DNA of 64,000 bases from a virus (taxonomy: Duplodnaviria > Caudoviricetes). A model generated the notes under the pieces. The model saw only the letters and a program-made list of their open reading frames with translations, searched no databases and was not told the DNA's origin. The position numbers and the translations under genes were made by a program. The DNA lies in IMG/VR virus record IMGVR_UViG_3300013121_000009, positions 54,426 through 118,425 of that record; one strand, 5' to 3'. This document shows, in pieces, positions 22,101-29,900 of the stretch (positions are counted from its first letter, which is position 1; each line of letters begins with the position of its first letter).

Positions 22101-22619
22101 AATAGCAACCTTGATTACTCTATTATATAATTTCTTTAAAATTTCTAGAATTTTATCAGAAAAACCTTTAAATCCAGCCTGAAGTTTTGACAAAGATGAT
22201 GCAACATACTCTTCTTTAGTTTGCCCTTCTTTATCAGCTTCTTCTTGAAGAATTTTTATTTCTTCATCTGATAACTCTTCATTGATTGCATCAGAAATTG
22301 TTTCATTTATTTTTTCTTCATTAGCCTTTTCTTCATCCTTTGGGGGATTAATTTCGTTAAAAAGTTGTTTAATTTCATTAATCTCAGCTTTAATTTCAGC
22401 TACTCTAATATCTATTTGTTCCTGAGAAAGCTCATCAGATATTGCTGGTATTTTCAAACTTTCTTTCAAAGAATTTAATTTATCTTCCAACTTTGAATGG
22501 TTTTCTTGTATAAGTGAGCTAGCAAGAACTTTTTGTTCTTGTTCACTCATTCCATCTTTGTAAAGTTTTTCAAACTCTTTCTCTAGGCTTGTACCTTTAA
22601 AACAACTTCTTACTGACAT
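10191..22619 (-). CDS. crAss-like virion RNA polymerase polyprotein with YkuD-like and zincin domains
   Basis: YRIPTQ...SGSDFDIDKL (DFDID 16563-16577) and TDGQG, as in phi14:2 gp66-type single-chain RNAPs; HEAWH 20802-20816; FH..SMGC YkuD-like ~21498-21953; EEAAH 13407-13421. Confidence 0.92.
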   Translation of the reverse strand: MSVRSCFKGTSLEKEFEKLYKDGMSEQEQKVLASSLIQENHSKLEDKLNSLKESLKIPAISDELSQEQIDIRVAEIKAEINEIKQLFNEINPPKDEEKANEEKINETISDAINEELSDEEIKILQEEADKEGQTKEEYVASSLSKLQAGFKGFSDKILEILKKLYNRVIKVAIIGAISFSSVSAVSIQTANFNNAQTIEIITNETLNFDNLNKLHKQKYGDRDYVVVNKKQRNVTIFKADGRIVYSGDIVIGKNKGDIRKSDELAKIGYSQEEYEIAKLKITPAGVYQAKKAEDKDYGAKYKWVLQGTGVYRENTGETSYIGFHANLKVREQLLRDSDPTNNAASMGCMGINKEIFSSIENQLTDDVSFYILPEVGSIESYSEYLRNYFSAENVKTYADWLNNKSPEIVIKTLDDRIASLKKALSNILGSSSQALAGLYLLVARIRTKKEKGEEITEEDILELKNRLNELEKELQLLEPKISNKSIIKQEEIQEPTSESLVISTDNSTLTEKENIIPDKSEVSKRKKALQDKIKGTKLESSKKQVPVPSLKVTNTDIEEVKRIFGDVNVQNLAEIVNSSAWATWSASAITLYKGATRADLFHEAWHHFSQLYLTKDEKKKLYDETREKVSKLKNASDLEVEEFIARDFSKFDQTGKILGDYPVRKSIFEKIWAFLKSLFGSKDVSLDTLYKTLKKGDFQGRVPSTDNIYFSNLNSDISPAFSSRDYTKIINGVEAIVTEVLYSKGYTTLDIKKIKKLDSLYGLVKDYIEYLKLERIEAIGEEAAKTDPIIANQQRILDNWGDNNNKGVKDAHLAQSKTISNISKDFDIEEDGTFVYKDPESNQFENKGRDSYNDNVASEQSFYDYTDPNIVRMIESISIPGYLDPEFGLPRLIDARKIIGILTRNLSGVKNLYGSNGQLAIMEALSKKYPEIKIIMDRLLAGSSSSAFNMKARFLATFSRPSTPLKIMFIDKNWDEDGMAGELEFKDSPITNLNKEKIHANLRSQFLLTKPTKFISNNADGETVINYDEKTINEIENFKGSALEFYRNLGIPITLELLNKSGLASQMGYVKEHIVLWLKREASRKSGNPIKDIYQVLGTDIGYDDALTFNWDTQKKWDRTSSVKSFVTRLLTAYDKYEDSYISNSVRNADGKTEYEQTMWNRIHTVMGILNDTKNYPSLQSIIQIPGFEHYKGFLNNKGFLDMRNSQLLSYYFNRDGSRKDVEPIAIHNYNGMASERNPGSETEGDKTKSLYIGDKVLMDAHYLVNHNIYPTIQLGDKSMFYAFGLKGPLVRNSQEFKLAMEGYLRDELAIMVSHRDGNPELTKLVKLSGNIKNEEGYQFGIFRDIVSEVPGLREALLEAKNIDDIDRVIAKNQADIDTSINIFLNKEVAKHIKYMKDKGVWKHVTGTENQKDNFIRKYITNQIAFNIESSKLIFGNTFFYNDPHKRVAGGSATGTIPTTDEQLLKDFEDLSQVTQRGLMKASFKEITGAEFPKISQREASSRITRFIVFDDIKPKSAYLEHYVELVDVQLRKENLSDSRRAQLMAVRDTIIKAYSSVNETDGQGAITLDFFRKMQMLSGRWDDRMQEAYMKAIQWDMLNRKINNLEQRNETVSQELRDQLIKNELNEEEISYFQPQKLQYFGNIKNDVIQEIGFHKFSVFPIIPQAVAGTNWEKHMERMVIEDADYALFKSGDKAETQKPDQFYDIDLEARIPHTIHSLLDTYSQDKGTYSVREGFLDNIKEQVKISPEIDTRLIFGTQFRKLLFDTFDEGETTPELKEAFTKYKSLIQELTDIERESIFKVASITKDAGGNYNIHDKVKFIDFIKKEIEKKVINKNILKTFELLPSGEFKNRLDVSLQRSVIDSIIQAVLNKRLVRQKTRGEMKIQVSSTGWEKFGSSQSTSLENGTNDLRTYYYKAGDTLIRKSQIKVALSGEFKKLLKREIDGEPIGTLERLNSLIAQGRIDSQSLTIVGYRIPTQEHNSMEVMEIKEFLPERAGSIIIVPTEMTAKSGSDFDIDKLNTFMPNIDNEGNYITRKFQTKNEAEIPMLQAMDELKKAKTRIKEEKRVLTNYAFSERAKIKQKIFDRISELKNDLAVHRREKRNLIDEIELNELFKEKNKIYAEMMQLFDEWKTIRKESDNQKFTISQEIRNFLKVNNASFLKAIFDEYTDLSEETPFYDIKNKLLQDYNDRVITMLDILKAIDDRITLSSIIKAKNFEKEELEKYVSNTFTVDGRKTKIKAVKEIPEISELYERIWGYSFDLSEELNEFRQKAQKAEWDFFNYKGSLENEIIRVAEEVILRPDNLLNLITPNSTYLFDELIDRLIRINNPELVDKQTEKVNTDVKLTKMFSPTVNEDKADSLYQGKDSLGIAAQANTFTKLLAEANVKISAEYLEKNLILFNGLRDSEGNISLAKSKLLNGVSKATAISQLINLYVDIANNPKSGYVNIGTSTAPVLFLGLHMGLPIKNIVFLLNQPIIKKYVIAKQELESKSITKRFNPIHEALKYVGLPTDESSPFISMEGTLHRAGTNPGALLESEVLNKYLGKSNQYFIGNKNEAQVQALYLWQFIAMEGIASDFREAQSSVNFDTAMTKSSFNAYRREKDYQAVQDKRMLINFDKIKNHSIVSIFDTSDFSSEIANKVLPILNSPQLNDRIYKEMEDRKGSDLPKRLHEAYERTFKNDFVHFIFQNFLKNSDEGMKYFESQFGSFSKFESDPVAFGKELLFKLYLELGELKSKYPKLKEMYSIIDNLVISTSNQNSEMSDKIKNIALIYFNKDIQLQNDYIDQFEELENNPDTQEFMKKFAFLSFFQSGLNKTPISSTDVINPEVISRLLDYAVNEYEKLSINEKANALNSFTELFYANNNKFRGKGQRKVSGNLTRVESMRYKDYSLDTAPEKGFRREKIIDDVDIERFNRLPDKPREFFTAASFLKEFGKNKKAPHNSSWIRNANGYYDLVSKETGEIYIENVDLKTGYKMDMNTPREQLFGLDTEDDTQMEFHINTLNAVSNFLQELGIPERLVPDIIDQNGTVVGDAIAAANFIDMTVDIVDNLETRPEAWNKLPEEAAHFWYRLLRKDSVLSRLLWNSATSTKKAEELIKTKYGELFNYNNFSTLKEEAIGQLVAEAIHRIQEKHGSPADYSFLKKFVEWINNLLARFKALRNDPFEVAAMKILSGDMTDLMTPEEYRELNKKVYFSDEVLDEDEVNPNKKVIEVESSKKFLDSLFNNQFKLKTKFLKKTIKRFYDIADSKNFRAQWYPEVWTVKQGTSVGITRKLTPSEIEDLKRNNEYINGISPALRGLPKILEKFRKHPIVLSQEFKLDGVKKEELNIYKSIIDLIKKENPSLKSITGEEFVNEVHNFLKLNYVLGFAKEQKYLSYRVDQTFINVPDRVSSKNYDMAQIEAEVQAGNITVERRDQLIAELGLAGKREIYHNKISLRFNDTVFKGGGHFNLAPNSWVNLTYFYSSKDSKVKDAVLFHELQNDNKEKMDSAKIPNLEADLNRRIEEIERIKEENIGNLTPQAPKVNIYNATLPSRSKSFLYQMIEEKLNHPLGGYRSSEEAYEALRAAFQESIDLSRSYGESVEMAIARTAKLIDETYEVKHDMFNFFKAGGLKRILTKEDLNELRKEIQKINYSRNWDSDWEDDPYLTYEQRKRMYEQSPVVAKIEKKMFQYFVDKNYAGLEYFYRNNTLTMVDGEVAEKRNENTILTLRPIRRPRRRGGTELSDMLSDNVEYMLILLAKRMQAAPTKRLTTLKMDQVRNYKIQSLLQTKENFLKYVDLRTFQKLVAVVQSNEVNLKEQVAVQAQKALDEYVRKEDSLQPMFPIKEVATEISKEDYEKARDESGKSLEEKYSSINLDGTAGFAFEKDDEIYYAGNGRTEFYKVDKKTYDKSVEKYNSIESRIAYFEKVANERIEQSKENLKNANEDINSILYEEHKRLELEKQYFMPLATRAIQEHIKAFGKDVPMYFSGAEITKLTQGNVRTAALYAGREEIIPRTDEELKQLFKEYLTRRGSLGLIHTMLTQEPSLQAMKEMVKAELKNSTSDQTFHNFVLQKFGAFYETGTIYNWMSQIPGVKLEFVPNVPGIIGSPPGYLMNLKDFHYEAPLLYALKTKNEENSRILAAPEGLPEIDLTEENNC

Positions 22620-23299
22620 TATTGTTTATTTATCATTAAAAACATCCTTATTATTAGATAAACTTCGTCATCGTCATCTAACTTTTTAACCTTTCTTATT
22701 ATTAATATTCCTGGAAATTTAATATCTTCAGAAACTTCACTAATTTTCTCTACTATTTTAGCTTCTTCACTACCTAGTAAATCATCTACTAATATAACAC
22801 TATCTTCTATATTTTTGTATATTTCCTTTATTAATTGTTCGTTAACATTTAGGTAATCTTCTTTTAATAAATTAATACTCTTAAAAGTTTCTTCCGATAG
22901 TATTATTATATCTAGTTTCGAAAGGCCAATTTCTTTAGAAATTTCATCAGTAGTATTAATTGTTTCATCCTTATTTAAACTAATTGACTTACTATCTGAA
23001 TCTGTTAATGTTACAAAGTCCGAAAATACTTTTTCTAGAAACTTTGAATCATTATCAGTAGTCGTTATTGAATCATTTTTAGATAATCCTATTGATTTTA
23101 TTAAAATATCTGAAAAACTTACTGAATCATTTAAAGTTAATGTATAATTATTTATAACTACAGGAAAAAGAAAAGGAACTGGTTCTCCATTAATATAATA
23201 TGTTATAGTTCCCGTATCACTATTACTATTATAAACTCCTCTAACTGGTTCACCATTAATGTAATAGGTTAGATTTCCTGTGTCATATTGTGCTGCCAT
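22619..23299 (-). CDS. hypothetical structural protein with 18-aa repeats
   Basis: TYYINGEPV twice; about six 18-aa D-x6-D-x3-K repeats. Confidence 0.65.
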   Translation of the reverse strand: MAAQYDTGNLTYYINGEPVRGVYNSNSDTGTITYYINGEPVPFLFPVVINNYTLTLNDSVSFSDILIKSIGLSKNDSITTTDNDSKFLEKVFSDFVTLTDSDSKSISLNKDETINTTDEISKEIGLSKLDIIILSEETFKSINLLKEDYLNVNEQLIKEIYKNIEDSVILVDDLLGSEEAKIVEKISEVSEDIKFPGILIIRKVKKLDDDDEVYLIIRMFLMINKQ

Positions 23300-23361
23300 T
23301 AGCTTAAGTTACTATTTGTTTTTTCTTTCCATCTACACAGTTAAATATCATTTCTTTAGTT

Positions 23362-25860
23362 TTATGTGACTGAAATAGAGTCGATATTAATCCAGCCAGT
23401 ACTGCCATCACAATCTACATAAAATTCCATACCAACATTATCCGTAACAGCACTTGGTAATGTATAAGATAATGTCTCCCAAGCTCCATTAGCAGCATTG
23501 GTGGCTGTTGCGGCTACTATGTCAGAATTATAAGCAGATGCATGTGCTGATGGATTTGCCTTTAAAATCAACCTTGGCTGATTTCCATTATAAGCAGTTC
23601 CATCTCCTATTACAGATTTTCTTACCTTGATAGATATTGTCGCTGTTGTTCCATTGGCTACTGCTACTTGAAAACTACTGCTACTTAATTTATATGAAGC
23701 TGAGTTAGGAGTTAATCTCTGGCTCACAGAAGCAGAATCATAGATTGTAGAGTCATTGGATATAGTGCCGTCTCTCTTAATTACCCTATGAACACCAGCC
23801 GAATTAAATCGTTGGAACCTCAAAGCATTTGTTGGTGACATTTGAGCTAAGTTAGATATAAGGGTACCTGTTGATATCGTACAATTTCTAAACGTAGCAT
23901 TAGAAGAAGCCGCTTGATAAAATTGATTTCCCATACCTATAACACTTGAGCTATATGAAGATGTACCTCCTAAGTTACAGTTATCAAATATTACATCCTT
24001 AACAAGTGTCCCAAATACAACTCCAGTATTCCCACCTTGTCCAGAACAGTTCTTAAAAGTAATATCTTCCCCTACCATTATGGAAAAATGAAATGTATTA
24101 CTAAAACTTGTAACGGTATCAAAAATTACATTCCTTGGTGGTAAGCTTGAATAACTCCAAGGGGCAAGATTTATACTTGTGCCATTGTTCCAAAAAGTAG
24201 AATTTGAAAATGTGGTAACGGTAGCTGTTGAATAACTGTTTATAAAACAACTCACATACATTCCCGTAGTAAGACTATATGCTGTATTACCAGATATTGT
24301 CCCTTCAATAACTCCTCCAAATAAATACCCACAACTACCACCTGCGACAGTGTTATTAATTAAATTAAGGAATATCCTTGTTGTTGCGTAAGTTGCAGCA
24401 AGAGTTTCTATGTTTATCATACCTGGGTTGATACCTTGTCGTTGCCCCATAAAACAATTATTTTGTATGGTGACATAATGTGTTTGAGTAACCAATGGTT
24501 GATATACAAGTATATGAGTATTTGGGGTACCATACGCTACACAACCATCTATAGTAACTCCTCCGTTAAAATTGGATATAACTACCCCATAACTATAACC
24601 AGCATAAAAATCCATAAATACACAGTCCTTTAAATTCGCTGAACCCGTTGGTGCTTGTATTATAAGTTCTATTCCTCTTTTACCACCCGCAGACGAACCC
24701 AAGTATCTAAACTCTATATTATCACAATCTACTGTAGCTTTATTGTAGGCAATAATGTAATATGTGTTAACAGTGCTTGTCCCGTATATCTGAAAATTAG
24801 ATGTAAGGTTTATGATATCAGCTTGTATACCTGTAGTGGCATTACCTCCGTGTGCATAAGTTAAAGCGGCTATTGTCAAGGTTGTTCCAGTAGCGGTAGC
24901 TGATAGATTCTTTACTTCATTGCCAGATGAATAAGCGGTATTTGGAAGTCCTATTGTATCTCCACTTAACCAAGCTGTAGAAACATCGGTAGTAAGAGAA
25001 GTAGCACCAGCAGATGCATCAGCAGCTAATTTAGCCTTTCTTGTTTTGGCAGTTCCATATGCTCTGAATGTTCCATAATTCCTTATAATTATTCCAGTAT
25101 TTACTGCCGTAGAAGATGTAACTGTAAACACAAATGAAGAAGTAGAAGGTAACCTTGTTCCTGTACTTGAAAATTCCACTATTCCATTATGGGAAACTAT
25201 AAAATTCTTTGTATTATTTACAGCTAATTTATATGCTGTTGAAGCTGAATTTTGACCAAGTATCTTCCCATAAGCTCCAACCTCTATTAACCCATAAGAA
25301 GTGGCTGCTGTGTTATCAAAAGTTACTGTATTAATAGCTGTAGTAGCTGCTGCTGTAATATCCCCACAAATTATGATATCATCTGAAGCCGCTAATGAAG
25401 CAGTAGTTGAAGTAACTAACCCTCTTGACCAGTTACCTGCTGTTGCATTTCTATATACAGTTACAGTTCCAGCAACTGAAGATAATACTCTTACCTGATA
25501 GTTGGTAGCAGCAAGAAGAGCTTGAGGAGCTGCAAATTTAAAGTAACACCATCCCCCATCATAGGTTGTGTCATTGTTTATGATATCTGTAGCGTTACAG
25601 GTAACTACATCAACTTGAGCTAATGAAGTACTATTCCATAATTGAACAGAAAATGTTCCTGTAGGAGATGTAGTAGTTCCTTTTACTCTTAGTAATATCC
25701 CTTCTACTGTAATTGCCCCTGGCATAAAGTTAGCACTGGCAACATAGGATGTTGTAGTAGCTGTAGAACCTGCTTCACTATACAAATAGGATGTAGTATC
25801 TACTACTTTCCAAGATGAAGAAGACCAATTAACAGAGGAGCCAGAGAATAGTGTTGCCAT
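23362..25860 (-). CDS. tail spike/fibre-like protein with probable beta-helix (pectin-lyase-like) region
   Basis: 832 aa, T/S/G/A/N-rich, repeated TFxNC/IxNN beta-helix-like rungs, C-terminal beta-sandwich-like segment. Confidence 0.6.
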   Translation of the reverse strand: MATLFSGSSVNWSSSSWKVVDTTSYLYSEAGSTATTTSYVASANFMPGAITVEGILLRVKGTTTSPTGTFSVQLWNSTSLAQVDVVTCNATDIINNDTTYDGGWCYFKFAAPQALLAATNYQVRVLSSVAGTVTVYRNATAGNWSRGLVTSTTASLAASDDIIICGDITAAATTAINTVTFDNTAATSYGLIEVGAYGKILGQNSASTAYKLAVNNTKNFIVSHNGIVEFSSTGTRLPSTSSFVFTVTSSTAVNTGIIIRNYGTFRAYGTAKTRKAKLAADASAGATSLTTDVSTAWLSGDTIGLPNTAYSSGNEVKNLSATATGTTLTIAALTYAHGGNATTGIQADIINLTSNFQIYGTSTVNTYYIIAYNKATVDCDNIEFRYLGSSAGGKRGIELIIQAPTGSANLKDCVFMDFYAGYSYGVVISNFNGGVTIDGCVAYGTPNTHILVYQPLVTQTHYVTIQNNCFMGQRQGINPGMINIETLAATYATTRIFLNLINNTVAGGSCGYLFGGVIEGTISGNTAYSLTTGMYVSCFINSYSTATVTTFSNSTFWNNGTSINLAPWSYSSLPPRNVIFDTVTSFSNTFHFSIMVGEDITFKNCSGQGGNTGVVFGTLVKDVIFDNCNLGGTSSYSSSVIGMGNQFYQAASSNATFRNCTISTGTLISNLAQMSPTNALRFQRFNSAGVHRVIKRDGTISNDSTIYDSASVSQRLTPNSASYKLSSSSFQVAVANGTTATISIKVRKSVIGDGTAYNGNQPRLILKANPSAHASAYNSDIVAATATNAANGAWETLSYTLPSAVTDNVGMEFYVDCDGSTGWINIDSISVT

Positions 25861-25866
25861 AAGTTA

Positions 25867-26076
25867 TTAAATACTTTCTAATAGGTATTGATTTTTGTAA
25901 AACAAGCAAGAAATTACCTTCTCGTTTTCAATACGTTCCTGTAAGGTATCAGTTACTCCAAACTGTTTGTCTATTCTAACTATAGGCATTATTCCTTCAT
26001 CATCTATAAGAACGAAAGTGGTGAAGAGTATATCTCCTTCTTGTTGGTCATTGATTTGTTCTACCTGATATGCCAT
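25867..26076 (-). CDS. hypothetical protein
   Basis: Likely start ATG 26076 (MAYQ); fills the gap between neighbours. Confidence 0.6.
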   Translation of the reverse strand: MAYQVEQINDQQEGDILFTTFVLIDDEGIMPIVRIDKQFGVTDTLQERIENEKVISCLFYKNQYLLESI

Positions 26077-26084
26077 ATTAAAAA

Positions 26085-26576
26085 TTAAGAGATAGTGAGT
26101 GTCCACGTAATTACTATAGAATCTCCTGCTGCTTTATTTACTACACTAAAAGAAGCAGACATCCACATATTTACAGTATTAGCTGTAACTACATCAAATG
26201 TACCTGCTTCTGTAATAGCTCCAGTACCAGTTCCTGCTGGAAAAGTTGCAACTACAGTTACTACTGCATTATTTCTTGTTTTAGAATCAAATGCTACTCT
26301 AGCTACTTCTGTTCCTAAAAGAGTTGCTGCTGGAGAACCTGTTCCAATTGCCATCCATCCCATTTTATCTAGAGTAGGAGCTCCAAGAATTTGATCTGCA
26401 ATCCCATATTTACCTGCTGTAGTCACAGTATTATGAACGAATCTTTCATCTTTTTGATTTCCATTTTCATCTAATAATTGAATATGCATATTCACATCAA
26501 AATAGAGTCCTTCTGCAAATCCTTTTCCTGTTTTTAACCCAATAGAATCTTGAGCCTGAGTTTTGTCATATATCAT
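26085..26576 (-). CDS. phage structural protein (fibre-base-like beta-sandwich)
   Basis: NTVTTAG...MAIGTG...GAITEAGTF...NKAAGDSIVITW, a pattern common in phage fibre-associated proteins. Confidence 0.6.
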   Translation of the reverse strand: MIYDKTQAQDSIGLKTGKGFAEGLYFDVNMHIQLLDENGNQKDERFVHNTVTTAGKYGIADQILGAPTLDKMGWMAIGTGSPAATLLGTEVARVAFDSKTRNNAVVTVVATFPAGTGTGAITEAGTFDVVTANTVNMWMSASFSVVNKAAGDSIVITWTLTIS

Positions 26577-26926
26577 AATTGTTTTGCTTTTACTTTTTTA
26601 ATGGTTCCATCGAAACCCCTTTCGACTGTAAATTCCCACTCCCTTTCTTTATTTAATGATTTACCTAGAGATTGTACTTCTTCCAGGTTGAGTTGTAGCA
26701 AATCTACGATTTTTTTAGTTTCCTGTGTATTGTCAATAGGTTTTATTTGTGTTAAGTTTTTAGATATAGAATCCAGTCTTAGTCCTAGTTGTTCCAGGAG
26801 AGGTTTAATAGGATCTTCCTTTTGTACAGATTTAAGTATAGAATTAAATATAGACTTTAGTTCTTCATGTCTTTGTTTCTCTAAAGCAAGGTCAAATTCT
26901 CTATCATCAACTTCTATTTCTGCCAT
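26573..26926 (-). CDS. hypothetical coiled-coil protein
   Basis: Likely start ATG 26926 (MAEIEV); C-terminal WEFTVERGFDGTIKKVKA. Confidence 0.65.
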   Translation of the reverse strand: MAEIEVDDREFDLALEKQRHEELKSIFNSILKSVQKEDPIKPLLEQLGLRLDSISKNLTQIKPIDNTQETKKIVDLLQLNLEEVQSLGKSLNKEREWEFTVERGFDGTIKKVKAKQL

Positions 26927-29900
26927 ATACAATTAATTATATCTTCTAATTCTTTTGCTTTTCTTTTAATCTCTTCTTGTTGGTCAGCAACTGTAGCATC
27001 TTGCTTCTCAATTGATTTTCCTTTATTTGTAATAACGACTTTTTCAGTAGCTTTTTTACTTAAAGTTTGGGTATCTTCTATTAAATTAAGTGATAATTCT
27101 GGTCTAGGTGTTTCTTCTTCCTGTTTCTCTGGAGTTACAACTTCAGTAGAAATAGTAGGAACTTCTTCATCGAATTCACCAGGTTTTAGAGTTTCATACT
27201 CTATAGCTCTAGATAAAGGTGACATTACCATGTTAGGATTTCCATCCTTAGTATCTGGTAACATTAACTTAATTTTAGTAGATGGTTCTGCTGTTTCAAT
27301 CCACCATTTTAAGTAAGCATCCTGAGTTTTTAGTGGTAGATATTCTAATCCATCCTTGCCTTCTCGAATAGCATCAACTGGGTTGATTGCTATATTAGTT
27401 CTTAATCCAGACAATATTTCCTGAAGACTATTTTTATCAATTGAATTTAAAGCTGATACTTCTTTTCCAGATACTTTCTTGTTTTTTGTTACTAGAAAAA
27501 CATTCTTAATTTTCCATCCTTCCTGAGTAGCTGAAGTAAATATCTTAAACTGTCCTATTACTTTTCCATTCTTCATTCTGGATATAGAAATAAATGGAGC
27601 TTTTCCTTTTCCGTGTTCTTGGAATGCCATCTGGACACTAAGAGTTTCTCCTTTCCCTACATTAATATTTGAATTGTTATAGATAATAGACTCCAAGAAT
27701 TTCTGTACATCTTCTGGGTTAACTTTAGATTTATTATTAATAATATTTTCAAACTCTTTAATTATCTTAGTAATTACTTCCATATGACTAGTTTTTGACA
27801 AATCTTTGGCTAGTAATGGAATTCTTAAATAAGGTATTGATTCCACACCTTCTTCAAAAGTATCTGATCCATTTTTTACTAATAGATAAGGGAAACCTTT
27901 CATAATAGGAACTCCACCTTCAACTCCTTGAATTTGAGGACCATAACCTGGAACTTCAAAGTCTATAAAGTCTGATAATGTTCCATCAGCTTTAAAAATA
28001 GTTCCTGGTATTAATGGACTAGATGCCGTCTTAGCATAGAATTTAAATTTACCATTTGTAATTCTTTTTATCTGTACATTAATTATATGAGTAGGATTAG
28101 CATTTAAATAAGCTCTTGATTCTAAATCTCTTACAGTATGAGCAAAATAATTACCCTTATCATTAACTTCATAACCTGAACCGTTCCAGAATAATTTTAT
28201 AGGCTCAGTTGTATCTTTCTTAACAGCTACTAGAACTTGACCTCTTTTTTGTGGATCATTATTCCAATATTCTTCTTGAAATAGTTGATTTTCTCCAAAG
28301 AATCTTTCATCTGGAACCATAAGAATAAACTCAATGTTATTAGCTAACATGAATTCAGGAAGTGTTTCAGAACCTGGTCTTGTAAAGAAGTTAAGTATTT
28401 TCTGAAATCTCAAATAAGCTGGAGCTAATTTTTCTCCTTTATCTCTAGAATCTGTAAAGATAGTTGCTGGACCTTTTGTAGTTGCACCTGAGGTAGCTGT
28501 TGGGATATCGTTTTCTTCCTTAATTATCTTTTCTTCTTCTTGAGCTTGGTCTACCTCTTCAAGACTTTCTGTAGGTTCTTCTATACTTTCTGGAACTATT
28601 ACAACTTCTGGTACATCTTCAACTGGAGCTTCTTCTTCTGGACTTTCAACTTTTATTTCAGTTGGTATATCTCTTCCTTCAATTAAATCAGCTCTAAGTT
28701 GAGCTAATTCTTCCATGTTTTTCTGATGTTCCTTAATATTTTCTTCAGTGACTTTAATTTTTTCTTCTAAATCTTTTATCTTACTTTCATGTTCTACTTT
28801 TTCCTCTGGAGTTAGAGTATCTATATTAATAGCTTTTAATTCATCTAAAGCTGTTTTTTGTGCATCTAAATCAGCTTCATTTTCACTTATTAGTGTTTCA
28901 ATTGCTGATATTTGTTTTGCCAAACTGTCTATAGATTCTTCTTTATAATTTTTTAGAACTGAGTATCTTGCTTCTCTTATTCTTTTTAAATAAGCACTAT
29001 TATGTGCTTTATAAGTAGTAATATACTTATCTAAAAATTCTTTTTGTCCTTCTGAAGTCTGGAGTCTTTTATTAGCATCTAGAAATAAACTTAAAGCATG
29101 ATTCATTAGATTTAAATCTGCTAAACCATTAATAATTTCATCTACTTGACTTTTTAGTAAAGGTTTATCATAACCTTTATTTTTAAGTTCATTTTCAAGA
29201 ATATGAGAAATAATATTTTTATAGGCAGCAACTGATTTTGGACTTGATTCATCTCCTGCTGCTTTAACTGTTTCATAAACTTTAATTCTATTATTTGTTT
29301 CAGTTATAAATTCACGTAAATCTTTAATTTTAGTTTTTAGTAAATCTCTTTCCTTTATTTGTTTATCTAAAATTTCTTGGTTAAATAAATGTGAGTCTTT
29401 CTTAGCTTCTTGAATTGATTTTGCCAGAATATTATATCTATCTATTGCTGAACTAAGTTCATTTTCTTTATTTGCAAAATGATTGTTTATTTTTTCAATA
29501 TTTATAATATCTCCTACAAGGTCTTGCATAAATGGATATTTATCTATAATATCCTGAATATCTGCTGGAATTCTTGAATTCAAATCCTCCATATATGACA
29601 TTCCATGTGCCATTGTTGTTTTTAAGTCCTGGAATGCTGTCCATCTTAAAAAGTCTTTTGCAGGATTAAGTTCTGTTGTCAATGAATTATTAACTAATTC
29701 TACAGTGTTTTTTATGTGTTTAGCTTTTTGTATAATATTATCTACATATGAATCTATATTACCATATAAATCATTTTTTTCATCTTCAGTAAGACCATCT
29801 GTAGAAACATTCATTAACTTCATAAATTCTTCTGGAGCTAATTCTTTGAATGTATTCAATTTTTCTAGGGCTGCTTCAAATTTATTCAACTTAACAGCAG

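Noticed and set aside
10191-22619. Intein, or split intein at the Cys-tagged junctions
   Set aside because: No Hint or LAGLIDADG motifs, no HN-C/S/T ends, and the tags are too short with Cys in the wrong positions
23303-23351. 15-codon mini-ORF MIFNCVDGKKKQIVT on the - strand
   Set aside because: Too short to support; may be chance or a remnant
23362-25860. Apparently higher GC as proof of foreign origin of the spike gene
   Set aside because: Could be explained by Ala/Gly/Thr-rich composition; needs a GC3 calculation
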